A DNA stretch of 61,746 nt, counting the filler, from Globobulimina sp. (lineage: Eukaryota), in NCBI GenBank assembly GCA_003354225.1. It is 19 parts of 19 records of this genome, joined end to end, with 100 filler letters (N's around TTAATTAATTAA, not from the genome) between each part and the next. Parts side by side here need not be neighbours in the genome. Positions count along the whole stretch, not along the records: positions 1 to 3,159 come from PIVH01003557.1; positions 3,260 to 6,418 come from PIVH01003558.1; positions 6,519 to 9,676 come from PIVH01003559.1; positions 9,777 to 12,934 come from PIVH01003560.1; positions 13,035 to 16,191 come from PIVH01003561.1; 14 more parts are not named here. One strand, written 5' to 3'. Shown here piece after piece: positions 1 to 13,279 of this stretch. The translations under genes were made by a program, and so were the position numbers. Numbering within the stretch: the stretch's first letter is position 1; each line of letters starts with the position of its first letter. Under the pieces are notes generated by a model. That model worked only from the letters and a program-made list of their open reading frames with translations. It searched no databases and had not been told where the DNA came from.

Positions 1-269
1 TGGCCATCCACAAAAAAGGACATCGCAAAAGAATCCTTATTTTCATTCAAAAATATAAACAGAAAAAGGAAAATCAGCAAATTCATCAATATTCACAAAT
101 TGAAGGAGGTATTCATGCCATTCTTGCTCCAAATATTCAAGATACTGCTAAATAATAATTTTTGTTTTGTTGCTGTTGTCAAATAATTAATGGTCAGATA
201 TTTGAACAAAAAAAACTTTCTTTACCTAAAAAAACTTTCTTCGAAACTCAAACTGCTGTAAGTTCCAAG

Positions 270-2387
270 ATGAACGGAAGCCAACCTCCATTTGGTGGAA
301 CCGGTAATATTGATCAATTCACATTAAATCAATTTAGATCTCCCAACCAGAATACATTCAATACCAACCACACCATGCTACAAACCGCAAATCCAATGGG
401 CAGCATTCATAACAATAGCAATGGGAATGCAAATCATGTCAATACCCCGTTTGGTTTACAATTAAATGGTACTCCTAATCTGCATAACCAACATAACATA
501 AACAACAACAACACAAATATTCGAAATGGACCCAGTCCAACATCAATATTGCAACAACAACAAAATCATAATCCGGGATTAAACATCAATAACATCACAA
601 ATGCAAATGCAAATGCAAATAATTTAATTGATTCATTAATGAATAATACTACAAACAACAACCTACAAAACAATAATTCCCAAAATCAAGATGTGTTCTC
701 TGTAAATAACATCGATCAATCCCAAAACCAAAGCAATCCATTAAATGCCCAAATGTCCCGTTTAGTACAATCATTTTTTTTGTGTTTTATATTTGCAATC
801 TGCTCAAAAAAATGCTGGCATGATTTTTCATTTCGGCCTCAAAGCAACTGCGCATTTTTATCCTTGCACTCAATTGCAATCCGCGCCGCTTTTTCGCTAA
901 TTATCTTACACCAAAACCCAAAATGTTTTCATTGTTGCTTCTAATTAGAAGGCGACGTGCAAACAATCCTCCATCTCCAGAAACAGACAGACGATTTCCA
1001 TCAACATTTGAGTCATTTCATCAACACTCATTTACCGCAATTACCAGACACCATGCAATTAATGGACCAGTTATCGTATGATTTTGGCGCAAATTGTTCC
1101 AAAAACAACGACGTCAATATGAATGATAAAGGAGGTGACGGTAATTTGCCTTCTTTGGAAGAGCAGAATGAAGAAAGCAAGAACAACAAATCGCAAAATA
1201 AGGGCAATATCGCCACGTTACGGCAGCAATTAGCTGCTATAACAATGAATTGCGAGTCGTATAAGAAGCAATTTGAAAATGTAAACCATGAGTTAATAGA
1301 ATGGAAATCCAAATTCATAACCGTCAAACAAGAAAATGAGAAGTTAAAGACGAGGGTGACTATGATGGAAAACCAGTTGATCGGCACAAGGAACGTGGCG
1401 TTGAATGGCGGCGGGCCTCGCTTGGAAGGCTTCGAGTTTGTGAAGTATGAGGAAGGCGACAATACGCGGAAGTATAAGCATACCAAAGGTGTGGATAAAT
1501 TGAAGCAGCGCGTCAGAGGCAAGTATGACACAAGCAAATGGAAGATCGAAGGCGATGAGGATTTGTATGAATATTTTGACTCTATCTTGGGTTTTTTAAA
1601 CGAGAACGAAGAGAATGTGGTGGTGCCGCAAGTATTGATCCATAACAATGCCAATGTGATGAATATTGATGATGAGGAAAATTATGCGCTGATTCTGCAA
1701 ACGAACGTGATTGAAAAGTATAAGTTGCATAATCATCCACGTGTACCTGCCTTGAATGGACAATACGGTGTCAGGTACAATCAACTCTCCGTTATATTTC
1801 TGCAAATAATGTGTGCATTGTACAGAGCGAGAACGGATATTCCTCGACATACAGTGATTGGGCAATATATCGGAGTGGAGTTCCTGGAGTCTGAGTTTCA
1901 CAGTGCGTACTCTGGGACGCAAGAGAATGTTTTGAAGAATATCTATGCCTTTACGTTGACGGTAGGCGCCAACCCAACGAATAAGAAAGAGAATAAGAAC
2001 AAGAATAATGATCACGAAGTGGATAAAATTGTAATTGATGCGTATGGATTTGATGTGGATGTGAATGGGAATAAGCCATTGTTGATCTATATAAATGATT
2101 GTCGCGCCGACATATCATTGGAACAAAAGACATTGGACGACGAGAAAGAGGAAAATTGTTTGTTTGCTAAAGTGTCATTGAATGGATGGCCGTCGATATT
2201 TGTAATTACGAAATGTAAAATTAAAAAAGGCTCAGAGTTGTTGGGGTTTTATGGCAACGATTATTATCATGCGGTGAAAGAGAAAGAGTTGCAACAACAA
2301 ATTCGAAATCGGAATCGGAATATTATTGATCGTAATATTATTCAAGGACAGGTTAATGTGCATAGTACACATGTTAATTTGTGTTAA
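270..2387 (+). CDS. SET-domain protein (putative lysine methyltransferase) with Asn/Gln-rich N-terminus and coiled coil; probably 3 exons (introns about 760-948 and 1775-1825)
   Basis: Removing the 51-nt GT-AG intron 1775-1825 gives YGVRARTDIPRHTVIGQYIG; later YINDCR..NC and IFVITKCKIKKGSELLGFYGNDYY match SET motifs. First intron boundaries are less certain. Confidence 0.8.
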
Positions 2388-3159
2388 TTTGTGTTAATTT
2401 GTGTTCATTTGCTATACCGATCGATCGAAACAAATATTTTCTACCTTTGTAATGCAATTTGTTTTTAATTAACATTGTTTGAATAAATTTATTTGCATTT
2501 AATTAAATTTACAACTAAGCCGTGTGTAATTTATAATCTATTTATTATTATTATGTTGTGCTCCGTGTCCACGATGACTTTTGATATATTATGTTGTAAC
2601 ACATTTGATTATTCAGCAAATAATTCCCATTATGGGTTATTTATCATGATACAACCAAGCAAATTGATTTCTTAAAGTCTTGAAGAGCAAGAAAAAAAGG
2701 AAATTGAAGAGGAGATGAGAAGGTTGGAATTAAAATTGATGGCTACCAATTCATTAAAATTGAATATGCCGATTGTGTTCCTATTCATAAATCAAATATG
2801 GCAAGAAACCAGAAATACGTACGGCAAACCTTAAAGTAGAGCGTCTGTCTTTGTACCAATTGTGCTGTAAATACCATTAATTTGCAAACACAATATGGAC
2901 AAATAGAAACAATATAAGGTCAAATGGAAACAGTATTTGTAGACTTGTACATACAACAGTATATTGTTTCAGTTGTACATACAACCTTGTTTTAGATTTA
3001 TTGGATGGCTCCGAAATTTCTTGCCATATCTTTGTTACTTCCAGACATCATCCATTCAGATCTTTTAAAAGTATATTTGATGAATTTGGAGCAAAATATA
3101 ATGTTCCACTCAAGCACAGAATTATGATTCCAACAAAAACGACACCAACTTTCAACGTT

Positions 3160-3259
3160 NNNNNNNNNNNNNNNNNNNNNNNNNNNNNNNNNNNNNNNNN
3201 NNNTTAATTAATTAANNNNNNNNNNNNNNNNNNNNNNNNNNNNNNNNNNNNNNNNNNNN
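3160..3259. other. Artificial contig linker (N44-TTAATTAATTAA-N44); the same 100-nt linker occurs 18 times in the window
   Basis: Identical N-flanked 12-mer with stops in all six frames about every 3.26 kb; flanking contigs are sorted by decreasing length. Confidence 0.99.
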
Positions 3260-3263
3260 TACA

Positions 3264-6200
3264 ATGGACGAGGATGCCAAAGAAAATAAAGAAAGCAAAC
3301 AAAACGACTACACCCAAACGCCCCAACATTCGCCCACCGCTTCTGGCGGCTATTTTGGCCGAGAATCCACCCGCAGCGAAATTATACATTCGCTCGAGCA
3401 GCACCATGGAATTTTGAATTTATTTTTTCAGGATTTATCCCGTTATATGAGCGCGTATAACCCGCATGTACAGGAACACAAAGCCGAAGGCGATGGGGAT
3501 CGCAGCACAGTGCTTCCGCGGCAAATTGTCAATTTCCGCGCGAGATTTGATTTCCTGCGCTTTATACTGCAATACAGCTCCTTGCGATTAGCGAGTAAAC
3601 AATTGGACGATTTGTGGAACATTGTGATTGGAGACACCTTGAAAACGGACTATTCCATCCCTTATACGTACAAATTGGAACAAAATTACTTTTTCAAGTG
3701 GTTGAAGGACATCTGTCCACCGTTAGCTTCTCACGGCAATAATAATGCAAACTATTCGCCTGCCATTTCTGTGGACGATGCGGTGAATTTATTCCATGCT
3801 AAATTAGGCTCCATGCCGCGCAAAACAATGACCTCGGATTCGTTGCAATGCCTGCACCAATATTTCGACCTCGTGTACGAACTCGCCACAAAAAAGTCTG
3901 CCACGTCAGGCGTCACTGCGCATCCTGACTTGTCCGCGGCGTTGGACGTGATGTGGGAGATTGCCATTGAGGCAGAAACAGATACGGTAGCACAGTCATG
4001 CGGGGTCTTTATATTGTCGTTTTATATGAAACCTGCAGTGCACCAGAATCATATTCAAGCGCAGACTGCAAATATACAGAATAAAGTGAGTGACAATATA
4101 TTAAATTTAATTAACAACGCCGCTGCCAAGACGACTAACACCACTGCCACTGCCACGGGCGCTGCCTCTCAACCGCCTGTATTGATAAATAAGTGGGAGG
4201 GCAGGACCAATTTTGTAGAGAAGTGCATGGATTATATCCAGCAACAATCCATTTGCTCAAACTTCCGGGCAGTGCATCGCTGTTTGGATTTGCTGGAGAC
4301 ATTTATCGAATGTACACGTCCCGGCGTGATGCGAGGGGAAATACACTCGGATAATGGCACTAATAATGACTTGAATGGGTTTGGGGATGAAAGTAGCAGT
4401 GATTCTGTCATTTACATGGGCAATAATTCCGGTATGTGTTCATTTTAATATTTGTGTTTAACCATTGTTTTATTTCGTACTTTTTTGTAGGAAGTGGCGG
4501 TGCTGGTACTACCGGACTGAGTGCCAGTGATTTTAAGAAAACGTCGCCATGGGATTTGGGCCGCTATGCGCTGAAATATTGGAAATTACCCATCGGATTG
4601 AACCATTTTATAAAGATAAATGTCAGTAACTTGCAAATGCAAAAAGATACCAAAAACTTTAACATTATGATCAATAAGTTTTCGCGCGTTGGAGAGTTAC
4701 AAGATTTAATTGCGGCGATCTTAAATCAGGATAAGGGTTTGTTGCAAATGCAAGCAAATAATAATGTGTCGCTGACGCCGCAAATCGAAGCAAATACGTT
4801 GGAATCATGCAATTTGAGGGACGGCTGTACCATTACAGTGATGAGCATTTTTAGTTTGCAGAACGATCAAAATAATAATTTATTAGTGCCGGATGGCGCT
4901 TTTATTTTGAGTCAAAATAGGTTTTATATTGAACTTTTGTTGGAGTTGTTAAACAAACGAGGAAATAATGGTAACTTATTTAGTCGGTTATGGAATTTGT
5001 TAATGAGATTGCCATTCAATTTGCAAGTCTTGGCATCGTTGAAAGATATTGTTGGGTATATACAATCGGACGATAATAACAACAAAATTATTACCAACAA
5101 TGTGAATTGGAATTTGTTCATTGACGCTTCCAGCACATTCAAGTTGTTGTATTCGTTGCAAGTGTTCGATTCGGTGCTGCAGCATTGTAATAGTTCGTGG
5201 CTGGATTCCTTTATGACGTTAAACGGTATGTTGTTATATTCAGACAAACAAATTAGTATACAAATGGATTGTTTGTGAATTGTGATAGGTTTGCAACATT
5301 TGTATCATACATTAATCAATTTTCAATTTGATTATACGGATAATGTGTTTACGTACGCGTCCTATAGAGCGCTGTATATGTTATTTAAGATATTTTCCAG
5401 TTTAACCAGTCATGAATTGATCGAAAGTGATCCCTTATATACACGCTGTAAGCCGCGACATAATACGCCCAAAATAATAAAAATACGCTCTGTGAGTGGC
5501 ACATTATCTAAATTCAATCACAATGAGTTAGATATATTGAAATTAGGCACCAAAATATTTGAATTGATTCTCGAAATCTTGAAACAAATCGAGAAGAATG
5601 ATAGTCGCAACAATTCCGCTGGCAACCCATTGTTGGCTGAAATTGTTGAATTGGCATTGTACCAATTCATTGCATTGTTATTCTGTTACAGCTCCCGTTT
5701 AACACCGTTATTTGATGGAAGATATCAACAACAATCGTTACAAAGTGATGGCAAGGCCTGCAATGTGAATTGGATCAATTTGGTGTCTTCGAGTCTGTTT
5801 TGCAGCGATAAGTTAATCCGGAAATGTGTAGTTAAACATTTATACCAAATCTTTGTAAAATATAATCCCGACGCCACTGCCTCGCAAAAGCTACATCATA
5901 AAACATTAGAATTATTATACAGCGAATTAGAAAAATGTAAATTAAATTTTTCGCGACATTTTATGTGTGTCGAATACTTTGAATTTTACGGTTATGTCAT
6001 TAAGTATTACTGCAAAAATGTACTGTATTTCGACCCAACGTCTTACAATCAAAGTTTGCGCTATTTTGAAGGCGCGCCGTTGCAGTATGCCTGGAATGCA
6101 TTGAAAACTTATCGTGGATTGGAAACCCGACATAGTGACCGGACGGATGAGTATTTGTTAGGTTTATTGAAGCTTTTATGTTGTATTATTGTGGGATTTC

Positions 6201-6418
6201 CAACGCTGAAACAACATTGCATCAAATTAATGCGTGAGCTGAAGAATGAATTGATTCAAAAATGTCTGTTTGCGGTGCCAGATCCATTCGAAGATCCTTT
6301 GGGCATTTTGACAGCGCCAAAGCGGCCACCAATCCCCAAATGCATGACCAGTGCCTCCCGGCAAGCTGCGTTTAATTGGTTACTGGAGATTAGCAAAAAC
6401 AATGCGCAGATTTGGAAT
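3264..6418 (+). CDS. Partial USP9/USP24/USP34-like ubiquitin-specific protease (N-terminal helical region plus Ubl-like domain; catalytic domain beyond contig end)
   Basis: Three ORFs joined by GT-AG introns 4432-4490 and 5226-5288; motifs LWNLLMRLP, FKLLYSLQV, GLQHL and PKCMTSASRQAAFNWLLEI are typical of FAF/USP34-type DUBs. Confidence 0.75.
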
Positions 6419-6518
6419 NNNNNNNNNNNNNNNNNNNNNNNNNNNNNNNNNNNNNNNNNNNNTTAATTAATTAANNNNNNNNNNNNNNNNNNNNNNNNNN
6501 NNNNNNNNNNNNNNNNNN

Positions 6519-7737
6519 CATTTTCTTTTATGTATTGCTGAATGACCGATTTTTCATAGGTCACTCCAGAGACAGTCACCAACATTGGATCCACCATCAC
6601 CTCGAAAGTAATCGGATCGCAAAACTCATCCGGAACCTCATCATCGCTCTCATTTTTATCACAGATTCTTAATTCTGCCCTGATTCTTTCTTTATGTTTG
6701 ATTGTATGTATCTTCTGATCATATATCGATGTCGTACCATCAAAATGAACCACAATCCAATTATTTTCACTGTGAATTACAATGGCTTTTACCCATTTTT
6801 TCGACGCAATATCAAAAATCTCAATATTTTGCCCAACATAAAATGCATTATTAATAGCCTCATTTTCCTCTTTTGCAAATTTCGACGCTCTTTGTTTTTC
6901 CATAAAATTATTCATTTCCTTATCTTGATTTAATTTTTGTTTCTTTGGCGGAGGCATTGAAATGATATCATCCGCATCATTTTGCTCCAACTTTCTTTTA
7001 TTGGATTCACAGTGATTTGTTTCATAATAAATATGTAATGCTTCATCCCCAACAATCGAAACCATGTCACCTTTGACAGCCATACTCACCGCAAACACAT
7101 ATCCTTTATTTCCGATATCGGTGATATTGAATGCTGTGCCTAATTCGTTTCCGTTTTTATAATATTTTAGAGTATGTTGATTCAAATCCAATTCCATCGC
7201 AATAATATCATCATCTTCGTAGGGCGTAACATTCCAATTTGCTGAATATGGATCGTCGAAATCAGCATCGGATTTATGTTGTAATTTGCCAGAACATGCG
7301 AGCGAATAACTGTTCCTATCAAAGCCAACAAACCGAGTGACCCCAGATCGTGAGTTGCTAATTCCAATCGACACATCTTGGCTTAAATTGTTTATTTCAA
7401 ACTCAATAAAATGTTTTCCTGTTTTCATTGTCCGATCACAATGAACTCGACGACTCCAACCATCTTTTTTATGTAATTTGGCTGATTTCCTGTTGTTTCT
7501 TAATCGTATATTTTTATGACATTTTTTGCTTGAAAATAAATGATTGAAACCAAACGAGAATGATACAATTAATTTTCTGACTGATAATGGTGTTTTTGAG
7601 GTGAATAATGCTTTGTGGCCAATGAGCTTTAAGAATTCTGTGGTGTCCTCATTGAATGAGATGGTGAGCTTTGTGTCACTATGCGTGTTATGATTGGAAC
7701 GACTCATTAGGTTTCTCCGATAAGCAGACCACGACAT
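6519..7737 (-). CDS. SPRY + Tudor/MBT-like + U-box protein (putative E3 ligase), 3' truncated
   Basis: GKHFIEFEI..VSIGI..DIIAMELDL..LKYYKNGNELGTAF (SPRY); FYVGQNIEIFD..WVKAIV..VHFDG (Tudor-like); VPDEFCDPITFEVMVDP..SGVTYEKSVI (U-box). Confidence 0.85.
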
Positions 7738-7863
7738 GGCTGGTTTTCTAATAGAATTATTTTCTATTTAAATTCTCTATAAAAATGACAAAAAAACCAC
7801 CTTTCAGAAAGGATAAGCTATACACGGATCAATTTTATGTCCCCTAATTTAATAATGTATCGG

Positions 7864-8961
7864 TCAGTTTATTGGAATTATCTTTATTTTGTTCCATTTC
7901 AACAATTTGTTTTTTATATTTAAATTTTGGATGGTTACTCCCAAACATTTTGCTAACCATTTCCAGCATGAATGGCATGGACAGCATATACAATTATATA
8001 ATCTTGAATTAAATGCAAACATCAAATAAACACAAACTCCATTGACCATAGCATCGATACATATAAATGCTCCTAAATCAAATATAAACGCTAAGCCAAC
8101 AAATAAAAACAACCAATTGGATGCAATCGCAACTGATGACAGCACACATCCTTTCAATGCCAAATGTATCAAGTTATTGCGTCTTCGTCCTCCCTCCAAA
8201 GTGTATACGTATTCATGTTTATTTTGTGGCATATCAATTTCCATATTGCTCTTCATTTGATACTGCATTGAATGATATTTCGTAGTCTCTGCACCCAATT
8301 TCCTTAATTTATATGCAAAGATTGATAACGTCAATGTAGAAAACATCAAATCAAACACTGACAGCAACACAATAGCAACACCACCGATATTATGCGGAAT
8401 TGAGAAGGTGTAATACGAACAAATATGGTACTTCTGATCAAAGGTATATCCATATTGAAATTCTGCGAATAAAATGAATAATGTCACCAAGATAACACAT
8501 GATAAAATTGCAAAAGTCCGGAATAAATACACAAATTTTGCATTGCATTCATGAGCGGTCATTTTGAAGGGAGAGTCAATTTTTTGTATAAAGAATAAAT
8601 ATAAAAACATTTTGCTAAAATAATATGATATAAATGGTATATAGACAGTTAATTTGCATATTTTGAGATTTGGATGCATTGTATCTGATATGTTACATTT
8701 AATGAATGCGAATACAAAATCCGTGCGGTAAAATCCTGCCGCGATGCAAAACATTAACCCACCGCAGATATGCCACACAGCGAATGTTTTCATCAATTTC
8801 TCGATTTTCTTTTCCCGCGATTTGTAGAGAAAATGGATGATCACAAATATTAAAATAGTGGTACATATTATTCCTGCTATGGACATTCCCATAACATTGA
8901 ACTTGTCCACTACAAAGTGGTCTGTTGGTGGTTTGAAACTCATTGTAGAAACCAAATCCAT
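7864..8961 (-). CDS. Seven-transmembrane (GPCR-like) protein
   Basis: 365 aa with about 7 hydrophobic segments, Cys in the predicted extracellular loops, and a Cys-rich C-tail (YNCICCPCHSC). Confidence 0.7.
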   Translation of the reverse strand: MDLVSTMSFKPPTDHFVVDKFNVMGMSIAGIICTTILIFVIIHFLYKSREKKIEKLMKTFAVWHICGGLMFCIAAGFYRTDFVFAFIKCNISDTMHPNLKICKLTVYIPFISYYFSKMFLYLFFIQKIDSPFKMTAHECNAKFVYLFRTFAILSCVILVTLFILFAEFQYGYTFDQKYHICSYYTFSIPHNIGGVAIVLLSVFDLMFSTLTLSIFAYKLRKLGAETTKYHSMQYQMKSNMEIDMPQNKHEYVYTLEGGRRRNNLIHLALKGCVLSSVAIASNWLFLFVGLAFIFDLGAFICIDAMVNGVCVYLMFAFNSRLYNCICCPCHSCWKWLAKCLGVTIQNLNIKNKLLKWNKIKIIPIN

Positions 8962-9776
8962 TCAATCCTAGGATTCTGTTGTCGTAATAATATCTACGAT
9001 GACTAGCTCACTTCAAGAAAATCTTAATATACTTTTTTTGTTGTGTTTATAAGAACAACCCCTAGACGACAGTGCAAGGATAGATTTTCCAGGATTCTAG
9101 AATATGAAAGAAGAGACAAATCTATGCAATAAAGGTAAGAATTTGTCGTATATGAGGTGAGAACCTTCTACCCAGAAAATGCAGAAAATGAGGTTTTTTT
9201 ACTTTGCATTTGAAATTTAAACTTTGAAGAAAAATGTGAAGTGACTCAACAACTAAAAGATTCAGACACACACAACACATTGGGGTTTGATTGCTTTTGA
9301 TGGTTTTGGCGCAGCATATTCCCTTAAAAGCTGTCCTGGTCTCGACTTTGCATCCAAACATGGTTTTCTTCGTGCAACAGGTGGTGCCGAAGGTAGACTT
9401 TGCTTGTTGGTGGCATCAGATTGTACGTTGCCATGTTCTGACTAGAAAAAAAAAGTTAGAAAATCGAGAATGATCGAGAATAAACCATTTTCAAAATTTC
9501 ATCCACGTGCTCAACCAGCAACTCCAAACAAAAAAAAAAGGCACGAAGTAATAGTATATGATATTATTGGATCATATACCAAATATAAAGTTGATAGCAC
9601 AAAGTTATGGTATAGCTGGAAATTTGGTCAAATTTCACAATATTACTGTACAAAATTCAAAACAAGATCCAAGTGANNNNNNNNNNNNNNNNNNNNNNNN
9701 NNNNNNNNNNNNNNNNNNNNTTAATTAATTAANNNNNNNNNNNNNNNNNNNNNNNNNNNNNNNNNNNNNNNNNNNN

Positions 9777-10057
9777 TTGTTTGGATTTAATAAAACATCT
9801 TCATCGATATCCTGGTGGTTAGGGACTGGGTCTGGCTCTGGAAACTGAAAAGGTGAGGTTGGTTCATGTGGTATTGGCGAAGTTAATAATGGTTGGTATC
9901 CTCGTTTATATTTTTTTACATTTTGGTATATTATGGCATTGCTGATGTTTGCGTCTGTTTGTAAATCAGAACTTGAATTTAAGAGATATTGAGCGTTTTC
10001 TTCAATTGTGATGACATTCTCAAAGTTACTCATGTTGAGGTCTTGACTGTTTTTCAT
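9777..10057 (-). CDS. Hypothetical protein, 3' truncated by contig end
   Basis: ATG-initiated ORF open to the linker; no recognisable domain. Confidence 0.35.
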
Positions 10058-10130
10058 AATTAGATCTGGACACTAGGATTGGGGAATTATATTACATAAA
10101 AATAGAGTGTATTACAGTATTAGAGTTATG

Positions 10131-12934
10131 TCATTTAGTGATATCAAGAATTAATTTTCTTTTTGCACAATTTACACATAAATCGAAGCCATGCGGATGT
10201 ACTTTCTCTTTTTTATCACAATGATATACCATTCTGGTTGGATTCAATCCCCAATCAATCTTTTCTCGACAATAATCACAATATAAATAAAAATATGTGG
10301 ATGATGCGTAACAATCTTTTGCTTGTATCAATCTCAATGCATCTCCGCATGGACACATTACGTCATCACCACCGACCTCATTATCACTATTATCCTTAAA
10401 CAATGTATTAAATGCCTCATCATTTTGCAACGCAGCAAGTAAACTTTGTGCTTGATTTGCAGTCACCATATTATGATGAGTCACCCATTTATTTTGAATC
10501 AAATACATAATTTTATCATTATTGGTGATATATTCCCTGATAATTTCTCCATATTTGCTTAAAATATCCCAAATAACACTCATTGTACAACATATCTGGT
10601 CCTGCAAACTCTGTTTCCTTTCCTCAATCTGTTGTTTACTTTGATTTGAAAAGTCACAAACATTCAAATAATCATTATGTAAAACTGCAACATCTACGAT
10701 TTGATGCAATAATTTTATTAATTTAGCTTTCGGATTCTCTAAAATATGGATATTGGTTAAAATCATTGGTACAGCTTCTAAAATCGGTGCAAATAACATC
10801 ATAAATTGATCGTCTTTTGCCTTCTCATCAGCTCCATCCTCACTTGAATTTATATTTTTATCTTTAACCATGACTAAAAACTTTAATTTGGCAATCATTC
10901 CATCCAAAATTGCTATCAATCTCTCCACATAGAAATATTCAAATATCTGTTTATTACATTTATTTAATCGGAAAATGGTATCAATACAACACGACACTGA
11001 GGTCTTTACCATTCGTAGTTTGAATTCGTAATCCATTCCACCATCGGATAAATCAAAATCATTTATTATATTTCCCAACATTTTCATATCAATTATGTCC
11101 AGTATTTCGTTCCTAAAATATCGCAATAACAAAGAATACGCATAATACGAATCACGCGCCAACTGATTGAAGCCATCAATCTCAGTTTGTCTCTCCACAT
11201 CTTTCTCTTTTGCATCTTCGCCGTCGTTATAATTCAAAATATCATTGCACATTAAATTCGTTCTTATATCCACTAATTGCTGTGATTTTAATTTTGTATA
11301 TCTGCTAAATGATAATCTGAATGAATACCATACTAATTCCACACATATTTTACCTAAATTTGTGTTTAATATTTGATGATTATCACAGGCTAAGTCCTCT
11401 GCTCTGGTCTGGCGATATAAACTAAAGAATTTCGATAATGTCCAAATATAACTAGCTCTAAAATTAATCATATAATTTATATTATTAATTAATAAACACA
11501 CAACTTTATTACTTAACGTATACTTTGGGTCACGATTTAATTTAATTTCTTCAATTAAAAAGTTCAAAAATTTATGAATGTGCATCTCTTTAATCACAAC
11601 TGATTTCCATTTTGCTCCAGTTTTAACAAAATAGCCTAAAAACCACAACATTTGTTCCCGTAAACTCCCAATGGTTTTGTCAGCGTTCACCGGCATTGCC
11701 ATCAACATATTTGAACATATTCTAATTAAACCATATTTTGCTAATGCCGTTAAATAAAAATGTTGCATATCTTTCGCATCGCTGTCTTGTATCGCTATGC
11801 GTCGTAAACAGCGCATGGCATTCAATTTTATTTTATTATTTTCGTGCAATACGTAACGAATAATGGTTTTAAATAAGTAACAATCGTTTTTGTTATACTG
11901 TTGCATTAAATATAAGGCATCGCTTCTTATTCTATTCTCGCAGATACGTAAATTCTTCAATACGTCGGCTATAACGTTGGTGTTTAGCGACTGTAATAAA
12001 TCGATATAGAATGCAAACCAAAACTTATGTGTATTGAATAATTTCTTATCAGTTTCGGTATCAATGTCGATATCTCTGGCTCGCGATTCATTGTATTTTA
12101 ATATCCATTGCATTGGATGTAACTTATTAATGTTTGAATATATTGTCAATGATTTGAAGGGTTTCAAAATATTAATTTGTAATCGATACTCTGCGTTGGT
12201 ATCAAATTGAAAACCTTGTTGGAACAAAATCGAATCAAATCCAATTTGATTACTTGATTTTATGTCTTGTTTAATATCAATCCATTTTGTATCGGTTGCA
12301 ATTGTATCGGTATCGGTTGCTTTTGCTTTTTGTTGCAATGTGATTTTAATGATATGAATATATTGCTGAAACCAGTGATTTTTAAAGTAACAAAATCTAA
12401 ATATGAGTTATTGTTCGATTCCAATGTCCAGCCAAATGTAATGGGTGCAATGGCAATATGTACCTGTGATAATATTGAATGGTCCAACAATATGCATTGA
12501 AGTTGTTTATTGCCGCAAATTATTTGTTTATAGATAGAAAAAAATGTATCATTTCGATAAATAAAATGAAGCCAACAATGATTGATCATACAACAGGAAA
12601 AAAATGATTTAATATCTACGAAAGTTAAAATATATTTACATAAATCCAATAATAAGTATGACACTAATTTATCTCCAAATAAATGTCTATAATCAATCGC
12701 ATATTTATTATAATTTTGTTCTTCGGATAATTGATGATCGACTCCTTTTAATTTCGAATATGGAACATTTCGACGAATAATTATTAATGAAGATATTAGT
12801 GATATCATCTCGTCGTCGTTTAATGCATCATAATATATATTGGCATCGAATAATGATAATATTGGTGATATTATGCTTAATTTCTGATAAATATCTGTGT
12901 TATTATTATGATATAACAGCAACATCCAATTTGG
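10131..12934 (-). CDS. Large ARM/helical-repeat-like protein with N-terminal F-box-like segment and C-terminal ZZ-like zinc finger (two overlapping ORFs probably joined by an intron near 12320-12372); 5' partial
   Basis: LLLDLCKYILTFVDIKSFFSCCMINHCW (F-box-like); REQMLWFLGY (ARM-like); CPCG..CDYC..YHC..HPHGFDLCVNC (Zn finger). Confidence 0.55.
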
Positions 12935-13279
12935 NNNNNNNNNNNNNNNNNNNNNNNNNNNNNNNNNNNNNNNNNNNNTTAATTAATTAANNNNNNNNNN
13001 NNNNNNNNNNNNNNNNNNNNNNNNNNNNNNNNNNAAAGTGCGTGGAGTGTATTAAATTATTTAAATTATTTAAATTACTCAGAACTTTCTTGCGCTAGCT
13101 GCTGGTAAATATCCATATGACTTTTTAGGTTCACACTTCTAAACACTTCTTGTGATTGACTAAGTTTTTTAAAGTGATTTGATCGGGTCGCTGCCCCTAA
13201 ATGTAGCCTAATGTAGGTGCAAAAAACTTTAAAAAGGCAAAAAGCAATATAAAAATCAACAAATCAAGATTTAAATATA

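Noticed and set aside
2373-2410. GTTAATTTGT 10-bp tandem repeat across the SET gene stop codon
   Set aside because: Simple slippage repeat with no sign of function
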